From: Octopus vulgaris
Lineage: Eukaryota
Length of the DNA: 64,000 nucleotides
Direction: 5' to 3'
Assembly: GCA_951406725.2 (NCBI GenBank)
Contig: OX597816.1
Coordinates: 152,892,001-152,956,000, forward strand
Both the position numbers and the translations under genes were made by a program. Positions 41,206-54,934 of this stretch are shown here, in pieces; within the stretch, counting starts at the first letter, position 1, and each line of letters begins with the position of its first letter. Under the pieces are notes generated by a model. That model did no database searches and was not told the DNA's origin. It saw only the letters and a program-made list of their open reading frames with translations.

Positions 41206-41602
41206 GTGTGTGTGTGTGTGCGTGTGTGTGTGTGTACTACATATTTGTATAAGTGTATGTGTGAGCCTGTATACATACATTCACACTCATAGAAAACAAA
41301 GATGCCCTGAGTTTGTGTATTGGCGCAGACAACTAGTTACACATGCATTATTTATGTGTATTCAGAATGTTTTAGGGCAGAAAATTTATTATTACTGCAT
41401 TGTTGTACTAAGGTAACCATGGGAAAGGAATGATACGCTTTTTTTCTTCTTCTTTATTTGAAGCAAACACTTTCAAGTTGTTTAAGAGGTATATTTATTT
41501 ATCGTTTTCAAAAATGTCAGTTTAAAAGCATTTAAGGACATGAATGTCTAAACATGAAGTCGATATGAAAAATAAAGAAAATACGGTCAAATACAACAAC
41601 TT

Positions 41603-41663
<61 letters not shown>

Positions 41664-41723
41664 AACTACTACTGCTGCTGTTGCTGCTGCTGCTGCTACT
41701 ACTGCTGCTGCTGCTGCTGCTGC
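41603..41723. repeat. Compound (TAC)n/(TGC)n microsatellite
   Basis: Read directly from the sequence. Confidence 0.95.
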
Positions 41724-42469
41724 ATTTGTTTGTCACAAGGGTGTTGAATGAAAGGAATATTTGAGACATTACAAAAGTGGTGTTTATGAAAATTCAATGA
41801 GAAAAAATTGAATGATATAAAAAATGTATATACAGTATCCGTATATATGGTATAATCCTCAGAGAAGAGAACCGTTAACTAGCAGCAATCAAAGAACCCG
41901 TCAAACCCTAAGATAGCCTTAACTACCCCCACCTAATTGTCATTCTCCACATAGGGGAACGCACTGTTAGTCAGAACACGACGTTCTTGTCATATTCATT
42001 ATTATCGTCCATCTCTAAACATCTTCAGTGGAAGAGATCACTTCTCTATCCATCGCATTTTTTTTTTAAATGTAACTTGAATATATCGGTAAGGACTTTG
42101 TCAAAAGAGATAGTCCCAATCTTCAGTTCTTTCAGTCTTGTTTACCATACATTTTTTTCACCATAGCCACTAATCAGTGGAGAACGAAGCAAAAATATTT
42201 CTTTTGCCAAGATTACCAAAGTTTTCGACTTTGTCTCACTCGACAAAAAAAACATAAACATTTAGAAGAGGTGGAGAAACACATCAATAAACTAGAATAA
42301 AGAAAACTCGCGCTCAATAAACAACAAAGCATTTTAAATCAAACAGAAAGGTAAACAAATCCGTATAACTGCTTATCGCTGAAAAGACATAGATTACAGC
42401 GTTTACCTTCAGACCAAACTGAACTCTGTTTAAGAAAGATTTGCCTCACAACTTTCTGCCAACCGAGTA

Positions 42470-42607
42470 AGGCGATCAGTGGAAGTTCTATAGAAAGCTA
42501 TCGGTGGGCTAAAGCAACGGCGTTCTCGGGGAGACACTAAGCCTCAACTGGCCGGTCTATTCCAGAGAACTTTCGGGTCAGGACCCATGGATAATTTCCA
42601 TAAATCA
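42470..42607 (+). mobile_element. L1/Tx1-like fragment, same family as 1700-2930
   Basis: caactggccggtctattccagagaactttcggg...cccatggataatttcca is homologous to the reverse complement of about 2177-2325. Confidence 0.75.
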
Positions 42608-42609
42608 GT

Positions 42610-42797
42610 CTTGAAAGTCCTTGTCCGGTACCGGATCGATCCCAAAATCCAATCAGTTCGTGCCAGTCATGAGGCCAAACATCCCTGAAAGTTTCATCCG
42701 AATCTATCCAGTAGTTCTTGAGATGTCTTGTCCACGATCAAACAAACAAACAGGACTGAAAACAATACCTCCGTCTTCGCTAAGGCGAAGGTAATAA
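42610..42797 (+). mobile_element. Helentron/DINE-like non-autonomous element end
   Basis: aaagtttcatccgaatctatcc, (CAAA)n, then a terminal stem-loop tacctccgtctt-cgct-aaggcgaaggta. Confidence 0.55.
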
Positions 42798-43619
42798 TAC
42801 AACGTATAAAAGAGAAAAAAGAAGCAAAGCTGGGTGAGAATCTAAATATCGTATGATGCAGATTAGACTCTACATATTCATAGGACGATAATACCGGTCA
42901 TACTAATAGTGGTGGTGTTGGTGGTCATTTTAATAATGTATGATCATTATGACATTAATCATAACCATAAACACGATGATTGAGGTAAATTATACCAGAA
43001 TCGGTAGAGCACGGAACGTGTGGTATTTAATTATGTCTATTTTTATATTTAAGTTCAAATTTTGCCGGGGTCGACTTTACTTACTATACACTTGGGGTTC
43101 GATAAAATAAATATCAGCAAAGTTTGGGGATTAATTTACTTGACTGTTCAATCTTAACGCTGTAAACTACCCAATTATACATTAATAATTAGTTGATTTA
43201 GTACCTTACAAATTTCTCTTCCGTTTTCTCTCTGTATTCCTCTTTTTTTCCCCGCATTCCTTACCCTTACATGTAGTTCGCATGTACGTTCGATTGTCCA
43301 AATGAACTCATAATGAAGTTGGCGATCTCTTTTAAAATTTGGGCAACCCCATCATGAACGACACGAAACTAAAATTCTTTCGAAAGGCTGACGTACGACA
43401 GACAGCTAACAAGCCGTAGCTATGCAGTGACATGTCAACAAGGTAGGTGATGAACGACAACTCAGGCTGATCATGGCATGTTGGAATTATAGCGACTAGG
43501 TGATCTTTATCCTACGATAAAATACTCAGTTTTAGCATAAATATTAAGGATCTTGAGATAACGACTGCAAGCTGCGTAGAGGTATACCACTCAGTATATT
43601 ACAAAGTAAAAGAGACATC

Positions 43620-44720
43620 TATCTTGTCTTCACCTCTCAGACCAATTCTTTACAGACTGCCACCGTCTGATGACCTTATAGATCATCCAGCTACTGCCTA
43701 ATCTAGGCCATCCACCATATAATCATGTATTGCTCAACTACCTCCCAAAGCCTATGACACTTCAAGTCAGCTTGCATGTTGTAGTGCGCAGCTTATATAC
43801 TATTCCTGGAAGTGAATATATTTCTTTCCAGAGCCATCCAAAACAGCTAGGTTGTGGGTCGAAGCAATACCCACCAGACATAACTCATCATGCTGCTCAC
43901 ATATCTAAGGCCCATAACCTCAATATTCCACATGGTTCACATCAGCAGTGCTGAAACTGTCAGGTGAAGAATACAGTCTACATGTGTAAAATCTCACTAA
44001 CTTCCACTAACTGGGCGGGTTTTACCCATCATTACAACTTCTGCAAAACATAGCGTACAAGTTCTCCTATTTTCCAGCTAGTCCTTGTTGTCTCTTACCA
44101 GAAGTATCTCTACCAATTTTGCGCAGTTCTAACAATCACTCTTCAATCATAATGATACCGAAAGTAACACTCATGTAGAAAAAGCTTCTACATTGGCTGC
44201 CCTCCAACTCTACAGGACACAACCAAAAAGACTCCTCCAAAATTTTTCTTTTCTTTTCCCACCACATACACAATACACCAAATATGAAAACTCCTCCCAT
44301 TGCTTCTTAGTATTAATGCCACCGGTCAATCAATGACCTTCCCATGATTCACAAATATTGTGTATAGAGCTAACCTCTACCCCTACAAAATTCACCAATA
44401 TTTCTGCCTCTACAGAAGTCTACTCAGATCATTTGAAGCATTCTAAAGTTTGTCCCATCAAAGACTAGATTCAGGCTTCTGAATCTCCCAACTGCTATTC
44501 TATTGTTTTTGTTTCTAACATTTTAGAAGTGATAGAAATAACCGTAAACAACCATTTTCTCCAATCCCTTCAGTTCTTCTTATCCCAAGTATGGATTCCG
44601 AAGAGACGGATCTGTTGGGGGTCCTTTAAAAGATAATCCGTGTGAGCATACTCAGAAAAAAATCCCCAGTATTCTATTTTTGAGTATAACAAGTTGTCTC
44701 CTCACAGTTCATAGGCCCCG
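43620..44720 (+). mobile_element. Very old LINE (CR1/L2/jockey-like) remnant
   Basis: C/A-rich sequence with eroded RT motifs: a VxPIxK-like segment near 44449 and YGFRRDGSVG near 44590. Confidence 0.4.
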
Positions 44721-44903
44721 ATTTGATTTTGATATCAATTTGAAATTATTTGACTCCACTGATTTCACTAATGACGCTGAGTAACTAATGAATGGACGCC
44801 ACATCATTCTACAGTCCGATGTTCTTCTTCCCTTGTGTCTTGTAACAAAAAAGAAAGAGAGGAGGAGAGAGGGGCAGAGTTATATAGATAAATAGATGGA
44901 TGA

Positions 44904-44945
<42 letters not shown>

Positions 44946-45887
44946 GGGGAGAGAGAGAGAGACTATATCAGTTACAAGAGACATGCATATAGTTAAGTTC
45001 CAAGAAATCTGAAATGAAACCGTGACCCAATTTCGCTAACGTAATTTCCCTCGTTATTATTGTTTATAATCGGTTAATATATGTGTGCATGTATGTGAAT
45101 TAGGTTATGAATCTGTGGAGCTGTAAAGAACTGAGGTGTGGGATTAATACAGCTCTACGGATTTATAACGTAATTCACACACTTGCACAAACAGCAACCA
45201 CATCCACATACATGCACAAACACAAACATTTATCTGTGTTTATGCATATATACACAAATATATACGCACATACGTATGTGCGTGTATACATACTGATAAA
45301 GGATAAATTATTATCCCACGCACTAACGGCAAAAAAGAGAGATCAGGTGTTTCCATCAAAATGCATTCAATCTTACCGGTTTGAAGATAGGGGTAAAATG
45401 GTGCTAGGGCACTTAGTCTTTTTCCAAAGAGGAAGCAAAAAGCGTAAGCTAAACACCTTAGAAAAACTGCTGTCCATAAAAACAAACACTTCATCAGAGT
45501 GAGTTTGCCTTGTCAGGTTATGATACATGGGGTATCGGGTCAGTTGTTTTGTCGGCATCAAACTCAGTGTTGACCAAGTTTTCAAACCCTTCTTTTCCAA
45601 AGTGAGAATCAAAAATCTTGTATCGTTTGACTCAATGTAAAATGATAGCAACACATTAAAAGTTATGATTTTTAACAAATTTTGATTAAAAATGTTGCTT
45701 TTACTTTTCTTTTTGAAACTAACTTTGCTTAAAACACACAGGTCACCCTCTGCATCTTTTATCCACTGATATAAACTCTTCAGCTCTCAATCGCCATTAT
45801 AAAATTTAGATTTACATTTTTGTCACTTCCGCCCACCAGTGTAACTTTATCTGTCATGACAATATTATTATAGGAATTATTATAAGA

Positions 45888-46505
45888 CGGCGAGCTGGCA
45901 GAAACGTTAGCACGCCGGGCGAAATGCTTAGCAGTATTTCGTCTGCCGCTACATTTTGAGTTCAAATTCCGCCGAGGTCGACTTTGTCTTTCATCCTTTC
46001 GGGGTCTATAAATTAAGTACCAGTTATGCACTGGGATCGATGTAATCGACTTAATCCATTTGTCTGTCCTTGTTTGTCCCCTCTGTGTTTAGCCCCTTGT
46101 GGGTAGTAAAGAAATAGGTATTTCGTCTGTCTTTACGTTCTGACTTCAAATCCCACCGAAGTCGACTTTGCCTTTCATCTTTTCGAGGTCGATAAATTAA
46201 GTAACAGTTGCGTACTGGGGTCGATCTAATCGACTGGCCGCCTCACCCAAAATTTCAGGCCTTGTGCCTAGAGTAGAAAATATCATTATAAGGCGGTGAG
46301 ATGGCAGAATCGTTAGCACGCCGGGCGAAATGCTTAGCTGTGTTTCGTCTGCCGCTACGTTCTGAGTTTAAATTCCGCCGAGGTCGACTTTATCTTTCAT
46401 CCTTTCGGGGTCGATAAATCAAGTACCAGTTGAGTACTGGGATCGATGTGATCGACTATCCTCCTTCCCACAGAATCCAAGCATTGTGCCTATAGTAGAA
46501 AGGAT
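45888..46505 (+). mobile_element. SINE family A: a two-module copy (45888-46280) directly followed by a monomer (46290-46505)
   Basis: Head ggcgagcTGGCAGAAACGtta (A box), GAGTTCAAATTCC (B box), core gtcgactttg(c/t)ctttcatcctttcggggtcgataaa. Confidence 0.9.
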
Positions 46506-46840
46506 TATAGGAATTATAATTTCTAAAGGATCGGAAGAAGTATGGTGCACGTACAACAAGAAGAAATCAAAGTACTTTCACATTTCACTATTTTAGAACT
46601 TTAGACGTTTCTTTAACTATTTCACCAATTCTTTCATTTCCATTTCATATTTCACTATTTCATAAGTTTCGATCCTTTAAATTTTTTTAAAAAGGACTCC
46701 CTGAATAATGCCATCCGATCTATATAAATATATATAAAAAGAAACGAGACAATATACACGTATGTGTGAATACACACACACACCTATATATTTACATGCA
46801 CACACAAACACCTACACATATACACACGCATATATATATA

Positions 46841-47682
46841 TTGGGTCATCCCATAAATAATGCGTTTTTTTTCAATTGAATGAATCAAAAGTCGGAGGGA
46901 GACAAGATAAACTACCTGCATTAACTTGCTATAAAAGTAAGTAGCAATTTTACCTTGTGCTTATTCTTAGTGCAAGTTTTGAAGAGTGCAGTTCGATTTT
47001 AACAGTAATTTTTTCAAAGCTATAATGGAAGTGACAAAGGAGCATATATGTGGATCTGACAATAAGCGTAAGCCAGTGTCAACAGTGGTTCCAGAAATTC
47101 CAAGCCAGAAACCACAGCCTAGAAGACGAGAATCGTTCTGGAAGATCTGTAGAGCTTGACGAAGACGTTCTGTAAACCCGGGTGGAACAACATCCCATCG
47201 TAACTGTTGAGGAACTAGTAGAGGAGCTTGCATTTGGTTATTCAACCGTTCATCGATACCAGCATTAGAAGAAAAACGACCACTTTTGGTTTTATGACGA
47301 AAGGTGTTCTATCAGGATAATGCTCGGCCATATACAACGATGATGACATTCCAAAGGCTGGGGCAGTTTGAATAGGAAACGATGCCCCCACCTACCATAT
47401 TCGCCGGACATTGCCCTATCTAATTATCATTTATTCTGCAGTCTTCAAAATCATTTGGACGGTAAAAATATGAATTCTGTAGACGCGGTCAGAACAGTAC
47501 TGGAGGAGTATTTTTCAGCACGGGTATGTGAATTTTGAAAGAGGAGCCTTGCAGATCTACCAGATAGATGGAAGAGTATTTCAGAAAATGAAGCAGAGTA
47601 TATTTTAGATTAAAAAAGAACTTTTATCTTAACTCTGAAAAATAAAAGGATAAAAAAACCCATTATTTATGGGATGACCTAA
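46841..47682 (+). mobile_element. Internally deleted mariner element
   Basis: TIRs ttgggtcatcccataaataatg and cattatttatgggatgacctaa are flanked by TA. Remnant motifs QDNARPY and PYSPDIALSNYHLFCSLQNHL are of the DD34D type. Confidence 0.92.
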
Positions 47683-47932
47683 TACATACATTCATACATA
47701 GATATTCACATTTCAAAAGTAAACAGACACCCTTCATTATAACATTTTATCTGTGCAGACACTATTCATTAGTACGGCACCTAAACTTGCCTCTTTTCTC
47801 CGTTCATGAATAGTATAGAAAAATGTACTAAAATTCTTATTCATATTTGATCCTATCGAGTCTTTGTAATATTTAAACTTATTTAAGTTCTTTTGATTTA
47901 CACTGTATTGAGGATAGATTTTTATTGTTTAC

Positions 47933-48071
47933 TTAGTATGAACTCCGAACGGCATGCTCTAAATGCAAGATGATCCAAAACGGAAAGTTTTACTATGGGC
48001 TTCGTTAGATCAGCTGAAACTGGAAGAGAGGGCTTGCTCAACGAGTCGGATCGAAGATATTGCAACAACAA
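47933..48071 (-). CDS. Candidate isolated coding exon (LLLQYLRSDSLSKPSLPVSADLTKPIVKLSVLDHLAFRACRSEFIL), product unknown
   Basis: Strong T-rich acceptor (gtttttcag), 139 nt open in one frame, GTAAAC donor, apparently non-repetitive with balanced GC. Confidence 0.25.
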
Positions 48072-49026
48072 CTGAAAAACAGTTGCAACAATAACAAAAA
48101 TAAAAATGACCACTAACCTATTTCAGACCCTAAACACCATCCTACACCATTTGCATTCAGCCATTTATTGATTTACAGTCACTTATTCAAAACTATAATT
48201 TACTTCAGTTGACTTACTGCTTCATCTAGTGAGAATCATATAATCAACCTACACTCACATGATCATTTCTCCTGTTCATTACTCCCCCTGTTAAATCCAT
48301 CACATTCACATACTTATATCTCTTCTGTATCTCCTGAGGTCAACTCATACCACATTTTTCATCAGCTTTGTCCAGACACCCTATTCTTATCATGTTATTG
48401 ACTCCTACATTTATCTCGTTACCTTTCGAAATGCTTCTATCTATTCAAATACACTCACAATCATTATTTCCTATCCTGCTACATTCATTCTAACCACATC
48501 TCCACTTTTAACTCCTGCAACTCCACTCCATTCTTTAACCACCTTCACTGAACAACCTTTTCAACCATCGCAAGCAAACAAGGGAGCCTCTGCGTAGTAG
48601 CATAATCTATTAGAAATAGAAACAAAGTCTCGTTTAAATCACATTGTACTATCCTATGTAAAGAAAGAACACATTGGATTATGCCATTCTAGGTCAGTTG
48701 GATCACAGTTGATTTGGATCTAAAACCAATAAACTGCAACAACTATAAAGTCTGCATCTCCCCTCATCTTGATCAAGTATTCAAAAACACCTACACTCAC
48801 ACGTCCAAACTACACACGGACACTTTATTTTTCAAACACCAAGATCTATCGATATTATATTTCTCTATCATCAATCAATGTCCACGCTTCAGTCTCCGCA
48901 TTCCAAACAGCAGCTTGTTTACATTCAGTGAAATACAAATATACGTAAACTAACGGCTATAAACAGAATCAAAATTAATCAAATCCAGATGGCAATCAAA
49001 CACATCTCTCATTACACCCACCCACA

Positions 49027-49092
<66 letters not shown>

Positions 49093-49189
49093 TTCTCTTT
49101 CATAACTCACAATGTTGTACGTTTTCCATATATAAAAATGAGTTTGTCGTGAGAGTACACGATATTACAAAATACATCCAGATACATAG

Positions 49190-49237
<48 letters not shown>

Positions 49238-49699
49238 ACATATACATACATACATACATACATACATACATACATGTATATATATATCACACACACACAC
49301 GCACACACACGTGCATATCGCTCCTTATAAGTCCAAGCGACTCTTCGCAAGAGGAAAATCAAGCAGTATATCTATCTATCTTTATACATACATATCAATC
49401 TATCTATGCATACATACATGCATGAGAATACATACATGCATACTTACATACATACATACAAAAATACTCCGTTGTTAATGTTGAAATTCCAATGACGGAG
49501 CCTTTAAACTAGGTTAAAAAGCGGTTCTTTCTCTATTGGCAAAAAATCTTGAAATAAACTGAATAATGACATACATACATATATACATACATACATACAT
49601 ACATACATACATACATACATACATACATACATACATACATGCATGCATGCATGCATGTATGTTCTCTTCTGTTATTAATTATCTAAATTATTCCTCTGA

Positions 49700-50960
49700 A
49701 TAAGGAGCAGCTTTCTAACGAAGGTACAAAGCTCCATTATTGGAATGTAAATAACAAAAGCAATGTCACATTTTAAACCTGATAAAGTTTGGTGTATTTT
49801 CACTGTTCCACTTACAGATTGTATTTGTAATGTGCGATTTTGTTGGTTGATTTCTTTTTCTGAAAATCTTAGCTCCTCCAGATTATCACTTTGGTATTTA
49901 CTCACAAAACAAGTGCACCGGTTATTATTGGTATAATGTGAATTTATAATCTGCATATAGGAGCTGGAGGTTTCGAAGCAGTTGTTTATAGTTATCCTCT
50001 TTCTCTTTGATTTTCAAAGCGATATTCACATCAACAGGACAGCTGACCTCCATGTCAGTATACACTTTTACGCGTCTCTCCCGAACAATGATATCCGGCC
50101 GGTTATGTATACACTTAACAGATATGAATGTTCTTCCACTATTCCTTGTATTGATGTTTGTGTATGTATTCGATAACAGTGTATGGTACTCTATATTTAT
50201 TCAAGGACAGTCTTTCCGAATGGCGATGCATATTGATTTTGCGACAACGTCATGTCACATAGGGAGGCAGTACCTTGATGACATTTTTGGGCAGCTGTTA
50301 ATGACATGTGATGTCTTCCATAGAAATGTGACATAATCTACATTTTCGATTGCATTTTGGAGCTTCAATAGCTTCAGTGTCTCTTTTGTTTATTCAATAT
50401 TGCGTAGCAATCTCCTATTCTGGGATTGCAAATGCATAACCTTCGAAGTGTGATGTAATGTAGCGGTCACGAATTCAAAAGAGGCTGCACTTCGTGCTGT
50501 TGTTTAGGAAGTGTTGTCTGAGAGAGATTATACATTTGAAGGCTGCCTGCACTGATCTCAAGCCTCTACCACTTTCATCTCTTCTTAGATACAGTCTGTC
50601 GATATCACTATTTATATAGAGATTTCCAGTTGATGTCAATATCTTACGGGTTTTAACATCTGTTGATTGAGTGGATTTCCTCATTAACCTAGTCAAGTAT
50701 CCCAAATGTCGATATATGCACTGGTACTGCAAATGCATTGTGGGATATTGTTTTGTTGTAAGAGGAGAGTTCTAACTACATATTTTTCTAATATATTCTC
50801 GGGTCGCTCTATCTTTATTCACTGTACCTTCATATGATAAGTTTTCATCAATGCCTAGGAACTTGTAACATTCTTTCTGTGGAACAGGATGGACAGTGAG
50901 ACCATTGATGCTCTGGTTTTGGGTCTGGGGAACTGACTTTCCACGTTCAATAGTGAAATA
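49700..50960 (-). mobile_element. Degraded RLE-type non-LTR retrotransposon (R4/Dong or NeSL-like): RT end, CCHC finger, PD-(D/E)XK endonuclease
   Basis: YKFLGIDEN; DVKTRKILT...SDIDRLYLRRDESGRGL; CRLC...HVINSC; NRPDII near 50090; EKEDNY near 49995. Confidence 0.85.
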
Positions 50961-51009
50961 TAAACATTTCTGTATGTTTATATGTGCCTGTGTGCAAGTG
51001 TATGTATAC

Positions 51010-51200
51010 AGGGTGCGATGGATAAATTGTCGGACTTTTATATTTTTAATTTCACTCATGCGCATTGTTTGTTTTTGATTTTGTCGATTATACAGTATAG
51101 TAGGGTCAGTTGGGTACCGTCTGTGAGAAAATCAGCATCATAATGCAATTCACTCTACCAAAATTTTAGAAACAACATACTGTGCACCAATACGAACATT
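51010..51200 (+). mobile_element. Tc1/mariner-like 5' end fragment
   Basis: TA followed by a CAGGGTGCGATGGATAAATTG TIR-like start. Confidence 0.5.
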
Positions 51201-51346
51201 TCAGAATGTCATTTTTTCCCTTTTACAACTTGCTTGTAAATTTCCGATTTTTCCCTATTACCCCATTTGTATTCTCCCTTATTATATCTTAATTTAAATT
51301 ACTTTGCTTTATTAAACCTTTTCTGGTGTCCTCCCCCAAATTCCTC

Positions 51347-51445
51347 ACACTGATGAGAATAACAATGCATAAATTTAATTATATTTACTATGACTATTAA
51401 TTTTTTTCTTACATATTTGTATTGTCCTTTGAAACGCGCGAATGT
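51347..51445 (+). ncRNA. Degenerate hammerhead-like motif with long stem II
   Basis: ACA-CTGATGA-GAATAACAATGCA...TGTATTGTCCTTT-GAAAC-GCGC-GAA-TGT; the cleavage triplet is mutated. Confidence 0.5.
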
Positions 51446-52101
51446 ATTTAATCCAATTTTGTATTAAAACTAATTTTGATTCAACTTATTTTTCTCCTCC
51501 ATTTTTCGATAATTGTGTGAAGGCGTGTGGATTTGTGGTTACGATGTTTCACTCAATATATAACAACATTTGATAGAGTGGTCGGTCATCTGATATATAT
51601 TAGACTTCCAAACAACCATCATGGTGATACATACATAGGATTTATCTTAATTTCTCCTAGATTTCCTCTATATTTCACAACTAGTAATACTACAATGTAT
51701 TGTGGTTATTTATACATTATATATGAAGGAGACTGGAATATGATAATCTAAGCGTAACATTAGCAGACGTACACTATTTGTACACACAGCATACGCTATA
51801 TATCTATACATATATATGTACATACATATATAATACATACATACATACATACATACATACATACATGCATACATACATACATACATACATACATACATGC
51901 ATGCATACATACATACATACATACATACATACAAATATATATACATACATACAAACACACACAAATGCATACACACACTGTCGGAGAACTATGCTTGAAA
52001 TGTCAAAACTCTTTTTACCGAGCGTCAAACTAATACATTCCATGTGTACGTCCTCTTGTTTTGTTATTATTGTCATGTTTAATGTTTCATTTTCGATTTG
52101 C

Positions 52102-52198
<97 letters not shown>

Positions 52199-52209
52199 CA
52201 CACATATTC

Positions 52210-53525
52210 ACTTGAGGAAAATGACTTGCTGACTGCCACCCAACATGGTTCCCGACCAGGAAGAAGCTGCTTGACTCAGCTCTTACAACTCTATGACTGG
52301 GTGTTGAAACAGCTGCTCATCCACTTTGCAAAGGCATTCAGTAAAGTCGATCATGGAATGATATGTCACAATCTGCGTGATCTCGACATAGTATGGAAAT
52401 TGGGAGATGGCTGCATAACTTTCCGAAGGATAGAAGTCTGGTGGTAGTAGCCAATGGAGCCACTTCCGACACGCAAATAGTGAGCAGTGTTCCGCAAGGC
52501 ACTGTTCTGGGACCACTACTGTTCGTAATAGTCCTCTCAGCCACTCACAGAGCCACGATCACAAGTTATGCAGATGATACAAATGTCTCATAGGTGATAC
52601 AGAACCCTGAAGACGCTATGTACCTGCAATGTGAGTTGGATGAAATATACAAGTGGGCTGGGATGAATAGCATGCAGTTTAATGCTGAAAAGTTTCAAGC
52701 TTTGTGCTATCAACATGCAAAACTAAATGCAATACCAATTAAATACACTGGACCTGGGGGGATTGCAATCCCAGAGATACAGTCACTGCGAAATCTGGCC
52801 ATTTACATGAGTAATGATGCATCCTTCCGTGTACATGTTGTTAAGTTGGCAATGAAATGCAGGCGGCTAACCGGATGGATTCTCAGAACTTTTAGAACGA
52901 GAGATGAGGAAACCATGATGGTCTTCTGAAGGATATTTGTCCTAAGCTGCTTTAACTATTGCTCCTAGCTATGGTCACCAGCCAGTGTAAAATGAATTGA
53001 AATTCAACAAATCTACACGAAGAAGATAGCCTCTATGCAACATATAAGCTACTAGAGAAGACCCAAGAGATTGAGACCCTATTCCCAAGAATGTAGGCGG
53101 GAAAGATATGCCATAATATACATCTGGAAGAACCTAGAAGGACTTGTCCCAAACTTTGGCATCAAGAGTTACACTAATGAACAGGGCGCCACTGCATAGT
53201 GCCAAAGTCTCTAACTTTGCCATCAAGATATAAGACAAAATATTGCAACAGCCTGGGCTTTAAAGGCCTACAGCTCTTCAATATCCTCCCAAAGGATCTG
53301 AGAGACCTACATGAGGTGGATGTGTCTTCAAAACGAAACTAGACCTCTTATTCCAGATGAACCAACTTCACAGCAGGAAGTGCAGATGAGGGTACCAGCA
53401 TCAAATACCCTCATGCACTAAACGTCAATTTCTAAAAAAAGAGTAAAGTAAAACTATGTAACAACACCAAATGGCGGTGCCCCAGCATAGCCACACCTCA
53501 TGAGCTGAAACTAGATCAAATCAAA
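52210..53525 (+). mobile_element. 5'-truncated CR1-like LINE (second family), degraded RT through 3' tail
   Basis: QHGSRPGRSCLTQLL, FAKAFSKVDHG, VPQGTVLGPLLF, SYADDT and MQFNAEKFQ; tail ggcggtgccccagcatagcc...gctgaaactag. Confidence 0.92.
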
Positions 53526-53575
53526 TATATGTGTATATGTGTGTTTGTATATATATACATATATATATATATATA

Positions 53576-54445
53576 TGAAATTAAAAGAGGAAAATATGCA
53601 CACTTTACATAGTTTTAATATAATTTTTAATAGATCGACCGGTTAAAAAGATAAAAGTTTGTTATGCGTGCATATTAAGACGTGTTCTGTATTTTTCAAT
53701 GATAAAAGTTTCTTTATTTAAACGTTCTTGTGGAGAGATGGTGTCTTTGCACTGGTAGAAGGAGAAGACTGTGAAATTTGGTTTGATGTTATCTGCACAT
53801 TTTTCTATATGTTCACTGAGAGGAATTTGCCTGTATTGCGGGAAACATATTTTCCTCTTTATGTAGAGTGGTTCTCATTCTCAAGGTCATATTCCTCTGT
53901 GCAATATAGTTGTGTCCGCAACCCGAGCAGGTTATTAGATAAATTAGGTTCTCAGAGGCACAAGGGAAACTAGTTTTAATTATGAACCTCTGTCCTTGTT
54001 TGAAAAGGAAATCCGAGACTGCAGGTAGTTTGGGCAGGTTCCACTATTTGGGCGTCCACATTTTTTAACCGTTGGTTTCGTGGTTGTTTTGTAAAGCTTC
54101 GCATTTGTTAGTAGTCTCTTTAGTGATTTGTCTTGCTTTTTGCATTTGATGAGTTTGTGTGTTTTCAGGATGTCATTCATTTTTGGATCTCTAGTTAGTA
54201 AAGGAAGATTTTGCACAATAGTGTTGAATGCCTCACTGTTTCTGGGGTTGTGTGCTTATATAAATAGTAATGTTTTGAGATGAGGTGCGATGTTATGTTT
54301 TGTTGTTCTTAGTGTTTTTATGTGTAGGTTTTTGGCCTGTTTAATTCCCTCGTCTATAAGTGAGGGTGGATATTGTCTTTCAGTAAGCGTTGTTTTGAGA
54401 TCTTGAAGACGGAGGTCCCGAGTTGTTCTATCAGACACTTGTGCG
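53576..54445 (-). mobile_element. 5'-truncated Penelope-like element (Naiad/Neptune type): RT thumb, Cys linker, GIY-YIG
   Basis: RQYPPSLIDEGI...KSLKRLLT...KKCGRPNSGTC, then CASENLIYLITCSGCGHNYIAQ (GIY-YIG-like with CxxC). The 3' end abuts (TA)n. Confidence 0.85.
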
Positions 54446-54620
54446 AAATGTGCACGCCCAAACTGTGGAACCTGCCCCAACCTACTTGAAGGTCGGATTT
54501 CCTTTTCAAACAAGGACAGAGGTTCACAATTAAAACTAGTTTCAGAAAAACAAATGACGAAGACAGGTGGATAAACAACAAACAGGTGTATTAGTTTGAC
54601 GCCGGGGAAGGTGAGAGAGT

Positions 54621-54655
54621 CTTTTACGTTTCGAGCTTACGCTCTTCAACAGGAA
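54621..54655 (-). ncRNA. Minimal hammerhead-like motif, variant core, in a pseudo-LTR at about 54545-54700
   Basis: Minus strand reads CTGTTGA-A-GAGC-GTAA-GCTC-GAAAC-GTA. Confidence 0.5.
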
Positions 54656-54723
54656 AAGAGAATCAAAAACTTTTGGAGTTAGCGATCAACCATGGCGACT
54701 GCATACATATATATGTATATGTA

Positions 54724-54893
<170 letters not shown>

Positions 54894-54934
54894 ATGTATA
54901 TGTATGTATATATATATATATATGTGTTCTTTTT

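Noticed and set aside
36510-46505. Regularly spaced repeats suggesting a CRISPR-like array
   Set aside because: The context is eukaryotic, and the intervening segments are themselves homologous SINE modules rather than unique spacers.
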